In this document: positions 9,667-17,558 of the stretch, piece after piece | Position numbering within the stretch: the first letter of the stretch is position 1 | Layout of the letters: every line of letters begins with the position of its first letter | NCBI GenBank assembly: GCA_039588335.1 | Contig: JBDGZZ010000022.1 | Coordinates: 1,963-65,962 of the forward strand | DNA from: Gemmatimonadota bacterium | Lineage (GTDB): Bacteria; Gemmatimonadota; Gemmatimonadetes; Gemmatimonadales; GWC2-71-9 | Length of the DNA: 64,000 nt | Direction: 5' to 3' | Translations under genes and position numbers: made by a program | The notes under the pieces: generated by a model | The model's database searches: none | Told to the model about the DNA's origin: nothing | Seen by the model: the letters and a program-made list of their open reading frames with translations, nothing else

Positions 9667-9865
9667 GTCTCCGTCTCTTTGAGTTCTCTTCTTGCCTAGC
9701 GTCATTCTGGATTGGCTCTCAATATAGCAACTGTGGTAGGCACGTGCGGTTGCGAGAGCATTTGCATTGCAAAGGTCCGCACGAGCGGTAACTTCCACAT
9801 GTTTAGCGAGTTCTCGAAGGCGTTGATTACCCCGCCTGCTAGCGGGATGTCGCGATAGGCCTCAC

Positions 9866-11269
9866 ATGCCGACTAAGTCCAAGGTTCTCTCCAATAGGTG
9901 GCCCGTAGTGGTCGTCGCCAACACGCTTCCCGTCCGCCGGGTAAGGGAGAAGGGAAAACCGTCCTGGGAACGAAGTCCCGGTGGACTGGTTTCAGCCCTG
10001 ACGCCGATAGTGGAGCGGTCTCAGGGAGCCTGGGTAGGCTGGTCGGGAACGGCGGGGCGGGCGCCCGAACCATTTGTGCACGACAACATAGCCAACATCC
10101 CCGTTTCGATTTCGGCGGCGGAGTTACGTGGGTTCTACCAGGGTGTGTGCAATCGGACCCTGTGGCCTCTTTATCACGACGCGGTGCGGCAGCCGGAGTA
10201 CCACCGCCATTGGTGGGTGCAATATGTGGAGGTGAACGACCGTTTTGCAGAGATGGCGGCGCAAACCGTGGCTCCGGGAGGAACGGTCTGGATCCACGAT
10301 TATCATCTGCAACTGGTGCCGCAGATGCTGAGAAAGCGGCGCGGCGATGTCAGAATAGGATTCTTCCTGCACATTCCGTTTCCTCCGGAGGAACTCTTCA
10401 CCCGCCTTCCGTGGCGACGCCAGATACTCGAAGGCATCCTCGGTGCGGACGTGGTCGGCTTTCAGACCAAGGCTGCAACACAGAATTTCTCGAGACTGGC
10501 TCAACGGTACACCGGTGCTCGCGGCAAGGGGTCGAGGCTTTCGTTTGACGATCGCTCGGTACACATAGGCGCTTTCCCGATATCGATTGACTTTCAGAAG
10601 TATGAGTCGGTGGCCCAGAATCCAGCCGTGATCAACCACTCGGAGGAACTGCGCAAGACCCTGGGTCTGGGACGCAAGATCATTCTTGGTGTGGACCGTC
10701 TGGACTACACGAAGGGCATAGATGTACGGGTAAAGGCGTTCGGAGAGCTGTTGTCGATGGGGCACGATACGATTCGCAATACCGTGTTGGTTCAAGTGGC
10801 AGTCCCGAGTCGGGTACGCATCGAAGAGTACCAGGAATTGAGAAGTACGGTGGAGGAGCTAGTCGGGCAGATCAACGGGCGTTTCGGTGAAGTCGGGGTA
10901 GCGCCCGTGCACTACCTGCGTCGTAACATGCCCTTCGAGGAACTCATTGCGATGTATCGTGCGGCCGACGTGATGCTGGTAACACCGTATTGCGATGGGA
11001 TGAACCTCGTAGCCAAGGAATACGTTGCGACTCGGTTCGACAACACCGGAGTGTTGGTCCTGAGTGAGTTTGCTGGTGCGGCCCCCGAACTGCGCAGCGC
11101 GCTGCTTGTGAACCCGCACGACGTAGATGGCTTGGCAGAGGGAATGGGCCGCGCCCTGTCTCTGTCTTCGAAGGATGCTCGTAGAAGAATGCGGGCAATG
11201 AGGCGGGTCGTGCGCCGCAATACGGTGCACGATTGGGCCAGTTCCTTCATGAAGGCGCTGAAGGCGTGA
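9866..11269 (+). CDS. otsA: alpha,alpha-trehalose-phosphate synthase (GT20)
   Basis: GGLVSAL, WVGWSG, LWPLYH, VWIHDYHL and FFLHIPFP motifs; 467 aa. Confidence 0.9.
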   Translation: MPTKSKVLSNRWPVVVVANTLPVRRVREKGKPSWERSPGGLVSALTPIVERSQGAWVGWSGTAGRAPEPFVHDNIANIPVSISAAELRGFYQGVCNRTLWPLYHDAVRQPEYHRHWWVQYVEVNDRFAEMAAQTVAPGGTVWIHDYHLQLVPQMLRKRRGDVRIGFFLHIPFPPEELFTRLPWRRQILEGILGADVVGFQTKAATQNFSRLAQRYTGARGKGSRLSFDDRSVHIGAFPISIDFQKYESVAQNPAVINHSEELRKTLGLGRKIILGVDRLDYTKGIDVRVKAFGELLSMGHDTIRNTVLVQVAVPSRVRIEEYQELRSTVEELVGQINGRFGEVGVAPVHYLRRNMPFEELIAMYRAADVMLVTPYCDGMNLVAKEYVATRFDNTGVLVLSEFAGAAPELRSALLVNPHDVDGLAEGMGRALSLSSKDARRRMRAMRRVVRRNTVHDWASSFMKALKA

Positions 11270-11280
11270 CGCGGACGTCC

Positions 11281-11700
11281 CTAATCCGTTAGCTCGTCGG
11301 TGCCTTCTTCTAGCTCGTCGGTGACTTTTTCCGGCGGCTCGGCCTCGAGTTCTTGTAGCCGTTGCTCCAGAAAGGCTGCCAGTTTGGCCGCCTCGGCCCG
11401 GTGCCGGCGGCGAAAACGGAGCCTGATCACTCCCCGCTTGCTGCCTGGGATGCCTTCAACCGTCTTCATGGTCTTGGTCCTAATGGACAGCTCGGCCTTG
11501 AACAGACTCTGCTTGTAGCTCACCGATGCTACATCGTCGGGTAGGATCTCCCGCTCCTCGACGCCCGAACGATACACGCCAAAGAACGCATCTTTCGACT
11601 CGTACTCCAGGACGAGCCGGCCACCCTCTACTCTTATCATTCCCTCGGCTTCTGTGAACATCGCGTCGGGAGTGTGAAACTTGACTGGTATGCTCGGCAT
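11281..11700 (-). CDS. hypothetical protein with acidic C-terminal tail
   Basis: 139-aa ORF with balanced composition. No recognisable motif. Confidence 0.5.
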   Translation of the reverse strand: MPSIPVKFHTPDAMFTEAEGMIRVEGGRLVLEYESKDAFFGVYRSGVEEREILPDDVASVSYKQSLFKAELSIRTKTMKTVEGIPGSKRGVIRLRFRRRHRAEAAKLAAFLEQRLQELEAEPPEKVTDELEEGTDELTD

Positions 11701-11920
11701 TAGTAGTCCCAGGAATTCACGATCGAATCAGCACCATCTGCCAGCAGGACTGGTGCTTGGCAAGAGAATCTGGCAAAAACAATGGCCGCTGGCAACGGTC
11801 GGCCCACGGTGAGCCCGACTCGCGGACTGCAACCGCTGCCGATATCTTAGCGGCCTAGGTGCTGCGAAATACCGGGAGCCTATGACGGTCTGCCGGTACC
11901 CGAGGACACAAGGAGAGATA

Positions 11921-13852
11921 ATGCGCGGACAGATATGCGTTCCCTTACTTGCGGGAATACTACTACTGCCAGCCTCGCCACTTCATACCCAGGTATTTCC
12001 GGAATCGGACTCCGATACGACATGGTACACTGTGAATGGGAAGAGGCACGGCGTGAGCTTCTTCCCAGAGCATCGACACCCCGGCGTGCAATACGAAGCC
12101 AGTGAGACACTGACGTTCGATCGATACCACACCGCCAACGTCATGTACGAATGGCTCAAACGTTGGGCGGAGCAGTATCCGAACATCTTGGAGCTGTACG
12201 AAGTTGGCAGGAGCTTCGAAGGCAGGCCGATTATGCAGGTGACCATAACAAACAAGGAGACGGGCAGGGCAGAAGACAAACCGGCTGCGTTCTTCGAAGG
12301 AGGAAGACACAGCGGGGAGATCACTAGTAGTGAGTCAGTGCTGTGGCTAGCCAAGCATCTCCTGGAGAGCTACGGCACGGATGAAGCTATCACCGACCTC
12401 ATCGACACGAAGGCGATATACCTCAAGCCTCAGAACAATCCTGATGGTTCGAACCTCTATCTGAACACGGCACAATCGAACCGTAGTACACTGAGGCCAC
12501 ACGACAACGACCGCGATGGCTTGATCGACGAGGATCCGCCGGAAGATCTCGATGGTGACGGAGTCATTTACCAGATTCGGTACCGCCCCGGTCTAGATGA
12601 TGACGAAGAAGCCACGATGATTCTGGACGATCGCGATCCGTCGGGGCGTCTGATGCGACGTGCGACGAATCCCGCTGAAGGTGAATGGATCGTCCTTTCT
12701 GAAGGCATAGACAACGATGGCGATGGTCGATTCAACGAGGATGGTATCGGAGGACTCGATCTACATCGCAACTACCCTGAGAATTGGCGACCAGACGCCG
12801 GAGGAGACAAAACAGGTCGTGGTTACACGCAGTCTGGCGCCGGCGAGTTTCCCCTGAGCGAAACGGAAACGCGGGCAACCGTGCTGTGGGTCCTTTCACA
12901 CCCGAACATATCCGTCGCCAACTCGATGGACACCAGAGTCCCGATGCACCTCCGGCCGCCTTCCACGTCGAAGAGTGCAGAACGCATGTATCCCGAGGAC
13001 CTCGCGTACTATGTCTACTTCGACAGCGTAGGCATCGACGTCACGGGATATCCTTGGGCAGGCGACGTTTACGAAACGTATCGAACGCGTGTTCCCATCA
13101 ATCCGTTCACCGGCGACTCAGCGCGGCCAAGTCCACTCTTCGGGCACAGTCCCGACTTTGGATACTGGTATTACGGGGCAATCTGGTACGGTGACGAACT
13201 GTGGAACGGCGGTGCCATGGAGGACTACAATGAAGACGGACTGCTGGATCAGGTCGACGCACTCACGTGGGATGACGAAGGCAATGGTGGAAACGGATTC
13301 CGCGAGTGGGAGCCGTTCGAGCATCCGACGCTGGGCCAGGTAGAGGTCGGAGGGTTCCACCCCAAGTTCTTCTCCCAGAACGGCCCACCAGAGGAACTGG
13401 AGCGCTGGGCCCGCGGTCAGGCCTTGTTCAATCTACAGATGATGTTGCATTTGCCTCAGATCGATGATGTCGCAGCGAACGTTCGCACACTGAGTGAGGA
13501 CGGCGACAGCACTACCTATGAGATCACCGTGAGCTGGTCCAACAGCGGGCAGCTCCCCACCGCACTACGTCAGGCGCAACTCGTCAAGATCGTCCGCGAG
13601 GACAGAGTACGGCTGGAATTCGACAACTCCTTCATGGACGATGAAGATCGCAAATTGAGGATCGTAACGCCGAGTCGGAGGGACAAGGTGGTTGGAGCTG
13701 GTTGGACGCAGCCTAGCGAATCGAAGTCGGTGACGTTCGAGGTACGGACCTACGGCATTCCGGGTGTCGAAGGAACCGTACATGTCATGTCTACCCGCGG
13801 CGGACTCGTGAAAGTACCGCTCGTGCTAGGTGAACCGGAGAGTTCTCAGTAG
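11921..13852 (+). CDS. secreted M14-family zinc carboxypeptidase-like protein with Asp-rich Ca-binding-type inserts
   Basis: Signal peptide from ATG 11921 (MRGQICVPLLAGILLLPASP). Zn motif GGRHSGEITSSE. DNDRDGLIDEDPPEDLDGDGVI and DNDGDGRFNEDG repeats. Confidence 0.85.
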   Translation: MRGQICVPLLAGILLLPASPLHTQVFPESDSDTTWYTVNGKRHGVSFFPEHRHPGVQYEASETLTFDRYHTANVMYEWLKRWAEQYPNILELYEVGRSFEGRPIMQVTITNKETGRAEDKPAAFFEGGRHSGEITSSESVLWLAKHLLESYGTDEAITDLIDTKAIYLKPQNNPDGSNLYLNTAQSNRSTLRPHDNDRDGLIDEDPPEDLDGDGVIYQIRYRPGLDDDEEATMILDDRDPSGRLMRRATNPAEGEWIVLSEGIDNDGDGRFNEDGIGGLDLHRNYPENWRPDAGGDKTGRGYTQSGAGEFPLSETETRATVLWVLSHPNISVANSMDTRVPMHLRPPSTSKSAERMYPEDLAYYVYFDSVGIDVTGYPWAGDVYETYRTRVPINPFTGDSARPSPLFGHSPDFGYWYYGAIWYGDELWNGGAMEDYNEDGLLDQVDALTWDDEGNGGNGFREWEPFEHPTLGQVEVGGFHPKFFSQNGPPEELERWARGQALFNLQMMLHLPQIDDVAANVRTLSEDGDSTTYEITVSWSNSGQLPTALRQAQLVKIVREDRVRLEFDNSFMDDEDRKLRIVTPSRRDKVVGAGWTQPSESKSVTFEVRTYGIPGVEGTVHVMSTRGGLVKVPLVLGEPESSQ

Positions 13853-13966
13853 AGAGATCGACTACAGAATTGGCGGGCAGAGAATCAGAGCCGAAGGGGC
13901 GACGCATTGCGTAGCCCGAACACCGAGAGGCAGAGGGGCAGACAAACCAACAATGGAGGCGATGTT

Positions 13967-14173
13967 ATGGCCCATCACGTCTACAAGAAGACTGAGATAG
14001 TTGGCACGTCGCCGACGAGTATCGAAGATGCCGTGACAACGGCGGTTGACCGAGCATCTAAGACCCTGCGCAACATGCGCTGGCTGGAAGTGAAGGAAAT
14101 CCGAGGCCACATCGAGGACGACAAGCTGAGCCACTGGCAGGTCGTGATGCAGATCGGGTTTACGTTGGAGTAA
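13967..14173 (+). CDS. dodecin-family flavin-binding protein
   Basis: MAHHVYKKTEIVGTSPTSIEDAVTTAVDRASKTLRNMRWLEVKEIRGHIEDDKLSHWQVVMQIGFTLE matches the dodecin pattern. GGAGG lies about 8 nt upstream of ATG 13967. Confidence 0.8.
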   Translation: MAHHVYKKTEIVGTSPTSIEDAVTTAVDRASKTLRNMRWLEVKEIRGHIEDDKLSHWQVVMQIGFTLE

Positions 14174-14284
14174 AACAGGTAGCAGGGAGCAGGGAGCGGT
14201 TCACTCCTGGGGGAGCTGAGATCCAATCGCTGTTCCTAGGCTCTGCTCCCCGCTCCCGGCTCTTTGCTCCCTGCTCCCCGTTTT
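14173..14284. terminator. long imperfect inverted repeat between convergent genes (candidate bidirectional terminator) built from heptamer repeats
   Basis: The left arm AAAACAGGTAGCAGGGAGCAGGGAGCGG pairs with the right arm CCGCTCCC..TGCTCCCTGCTCCCCGTTTT. It is flanked by A4/T4 tracts. Confidence 0.45.
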
Positions 14285-17200
14285 AGAACATCCCCCCGAT
14301 CACTCCATCCACCCTTGGCTGTAGGCGTTGCAGCCAATCCTCGAAGTACTGCAGTTGTGATCTCTCATCGGCTGTGAACTCGCGGGGCCAATTGCTCACT
14401 TGGCCGTACAGGCGCGAAAGGCGGTTGCGGAGTTCAGTGAGAAGAGGCCGGATGGCCGCGATCTCCTCGGACACGGCAGTGTACTGGCTTGCTGAGTCTT
14501 CTGGCATGCCCTCGATCCGCTCCGCGATCTTGGATACGGTGTCGACAGTGACCAAATGTCTCCGCAGCAGCCCGGCGACGTATTGCACCTGCTCGTGCCA
14601 GCCCAATAACTCCGATTCGGCCACCGCAACACGTGGGTCCTGGAGTACGGTGACAGTCTGCTCCTGGCTGCTCTCACCTGTGGTGAGCCGTACCGTGTAC
14701 ACACCTGGGAGCACCCAAGGACCGGAGGGGCCCCGGTTCATTCCGGAGACGGGCATGGGCGGCCCCAGGTTCTCATACCTGAGGTTCCACAGTATGCGAT
14801 TCACGCCTCCGGATGTCTGACTCCTCAGTCGACTCACCTGATCTCCAGCTGCGTCGAAGACCGTCACTGTAACGTTGTCATCTTCGTTCTTCTCACGCAG
14901 GTAGTAGTCGATGATCGCCCCGGGTGGCTGATTCTGGCCTCGGAATATCATGTCGCCGGTATGGCCGCGCTCGCCGCCATAACGAATCATCCGAATGGGC
15001 TCTATGCCGAACAGATGAGCATCCGATGCGAGTACCGCGGGCGTCGTTTCCTGCAGCGAGTTGATGTTGTCCAAGATCCATATGCCACGTCCGTGAGTTC
15101 CCACAACTAGGTCGTTGTCGCGGGGGTGCACAACGAGGTCATTGAACGCGAGGGTGGGCATATTGCTCTTCAGTTCTATCCAATGGTCTCCCCCATCGTT
15201 GGTGTAGAAGAGACCCAGCTCCGTACCGAGATAGACAACCTGGGCGTTACGCGGATCTTCTCGCACCGTACGCAGGACGCGATCTGCCGGAAGGTCGCCC
15301 GTGATGGACGTCCACGTGTTGCCGTTGTCGTTTGACTGGAACAGGTAGTTGGCGAAATCATCATTCCGGTAGTTGTTGACGGCGACGTAGACTCTTCCTT
15401 CGACAAATCGTGAGGGTTCGATTCCGGAAATCCAGGAAGAGGACGGCAGTCCGGGCACAGCGTCAGTCACGTTGTTCCAGGTTGCCCCATCGTCGAGGGA
15501 CACTTGCAGGTTACCATCGTCTGTGCCGGCGTACAGAAGACCTTGCCTCACCGGCGACTCGACAATTGCAGTCAGCGTCGGGTAATAGGGAATGCCGTCG
15601 TCAAGCGAAAGCGTCGTGTCGTGTGCCCGTTCTCCCATGAGCGGCAGTTCTCGACGGTTGACGCCGGTTGTGAGATCTCCCAGTGACACCCAGGTATCCC
15701 CGCGATCGGTGCTCTTCCAAGCCTGGTTGGTGCCCGCATAGATGGTGTTGTTGTCATGCGGTGAGATGTAGAACGGGCCGTCCCAGTTTGCCGGGGCCAT
15801 CGCGTTGCCCAACTCGGGTTCTGGCGTTCCCGGGCCCCAAGCATCCCAATTTCTGCGGGCGCCTATTGCACCGCGAGGAGCATCGGGTCGGATCCAGGCG
15901 CGGGCCCCGCTTGCGAGGTCGACGCGCGAGAGACCGAGATACTGGGACTCGGTGTAAAGAGTGCGGTTGTCAGTCGTGTCCACGAGGTTGAGGAAACCAT
16001 CCCCGCCACCCGTCTTGATCCAGTCTTGGAACAGAATACCCTCTGCTCGGAACGTGGTGCTCGGACCCATCCAGCTTCCGTTGTCCTGAAGTCCACCGTA
16101 TACCCAGTAAGGCTCCCTCATATCGACAGTCACACGGTAGAATTGGCTCACGGGCAGGTTCGTTACGTAGAGCCAGGTCACACCGCGATCGTAGGAGATG
16201 CCGAGTCCTCCATCGTCTGCCTTCATCACATGGCGTGAATCATGCGCACTCACCCACACCAGTCTGTCGTCTCCGTGCAGCGACTGTCGTGCAGGCCGAA
16301 AAGTCTTCCCACCGTCATCAGAATAGCTGTAGGTGTTCACCATGTAGATGCGCTGGTCGTCGTTGGGGTCGACAAGCGGTTGACTGGCGTACATCGGACG
16401 AGGGTTCCAGTCGCTCATGAACTCCCAGGTTTCGCCCTTATCTTCCGAGCGATAAACGCCGGCCCTGCGTTCTCCGTAGGCCGTTGAAGCGTTGTAACGA
16501 TACCCTTGCTCGACGGATATGTAGACGATGTTGGGATCGGACCTGTAGATTGATATGCCGATGCGGCCCTTGTCTCCCTGAGGAAGATCGTTGGTCAACT
16601 CACGCCAATTCCGGCCGCCGTCGGTCGATTTGTAGAGTCCGCTCCCAGGCCCGCCACCGTTGAAGCCGTATGGTCTCCGTCGTCTCTGGTACATGGCCGC
16701 ATACATCGTGGTCGGGTCCAGTGGGTCGATCGCGACGTCAACGGCTCCTGTGTTCTCGTCTACATGCAGCACCCGAGTCCAGGAAGTGCCTCCGTCCTCT
16801 GACATATAGAGGCCGCGCTCTTCGCTTGGACCCCAGAGGTGACCCATGGCAGCGACGAACACGATGTCCGGGTGGGTCGGGTGCAGCACGATCCGCCCGA
16901 TATGGTGACTGTCCTCTAGTCCCATGTTGGTCCACGTAGCGCCACCGTCCGTGGACTTGTACGCCCCGTTTCCCCATGATGAGCTTTGGCGGCTAGCCCG
17001 CTCACCCGTGCCCACCCAGACCACACTCGTGTCGAGCTGGTGAACGGTCACGTCCCCGACCGAATGCGTGGCCTCACGGTGGAACACCGGCGTGAACGTG
17101 ATCCCGTTATTCCCAGTCTTCCAGACGCCACCGGTGGCAGAGGCCACGTAGAACGTGTATGGGTTTGACTCGACCACAGCGAGATCGACGATACGGCCGC

Positions 17201-17342
17201 TCATTGTAGCAGGTCCGATCTCGCGAAACCGTAGGTTGGAGAAGGCCTGCTCGGTTGTGGACTGGGCCTCTATGGTGGAGGCCAAGGACACCGCCAGACA
17301 CGTGGCGAGGCCGATCCGGATGTATGCAACGTGACGCTTCAT
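14283..17342 (-). CDS. secreted BNR/Asp-box repeat protein (sortilin/VPS10-like, glycosyl-hydrolase-like beta-propellers)
   Basis: Signal peptide. At least 10 Asp-box motifs (STDGGATW, SEDGGTSW, STDGGRNW, SEDKGETW, SDDGGKTF, SYDRGVTW, STDRGDTW, SLDDGATW, SNDNGNTW, TNDGGDHW). Confidence 0.85.
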   Translation of the reverse strand: MKRHVAYIRIGLATCLAVSLASTIEAQSTTEQAFSNLRFREIGPATMSGRIVDLAVVESNPYTFYVASATGGVWKTGNNGITFTPVFHREATHSVGDVTVHQLDTSVVWVGTGERASRQSSSWGNGAYKSTDGGATWTNMGLEDSHHIGRIVLHPTHPDIVFVAAMGHLWGPSEERGLYMSEDGGTSWTRVLHVDENTGAVDVAIDPLDPTTMYAAMYQRRRRPYGFNGGGPGSGLYKSTDGGRNWRELTNDLPQGDKGRIGISIYRSDPNIVYISVEQGYRYNASTAYGERRAGVYRSEDKGETWEFMSDWNPRPMYASQPLVDPNDDQRIYMVNTYSYSDDGGKTFRPARQSLHGDDRLVWVSAHDSRHVMKADDGGLGISYDRGVTWLYVTNLPVSQFYRVTVDMREPYWVYGGLQDNGSWMGPSTTFRAEGILFQDWIKTGGGDGFLNLVDTTDNRTLYTESQYLGLSRVDLASGARAWIRPDAPRGAIGARRNWDAWGPGTPEPELGNAMAPANWDGPFYISPHDNNTIYAGTNQAWKSTDRGDTWVSLGDLTTGVNRRELPLMGERAHDTTLSLDDGIPYYPTLTAIVESPVRQGLLYAGTDDGNLQVSLDDGATWNNVTDAVPGLPSSSWISGIEPSRFVEGRVYVAVNNYRNDDFANYLFQSNDNGNTWTSITGDLPADRVLRTVREDPRNAQVVYLGTELGLFYTNDGGDHWIELKSNMPTLAFNDLVVHPRDNDLVVGTHGRGIWILDNINSLQETTPAVLASDAHLFGIEPIRMIRYGGERGHTGDMIFRGQNQPPGAIIDYYLREKNEDDNVTVTVFDAAGDQVSRLRSQTSGGVNRILWNLRYENLGPPMPVSGMNRGPSGPWVLPGVYTVRLTTGESSQEQTVTVLQDPRVAVAESELLGWHEQVQYVAGLLRRHLVTVDTVSKIAERIEGMPEDSASQYTAVSEEIAAIRPLLTELRNRLSRLYGQVSNWPREFTADERSQLQYFEDWLQRLQPRVDGVIGGMF

Positions 17343-17558
17343 TTAGGGGGGATACCTCCGTTGCCGTGAACGGGTGTAACGGCCTTGGGGTCGATGGGCC
17401 TCAAGGTATCGCACCGGCACCCTCGGGGGTAGCCGCGAATGCCTCTGACCGGTAGGTACCGCTCCCAGCTCCCGCTCCCCTGTCGGAATCGCTTTCGACC
17501 GGTAGATTCCCCTCGATTCGCAAGTCCCGCACGCAGCGTAATAACCAGGGAGGATCCG

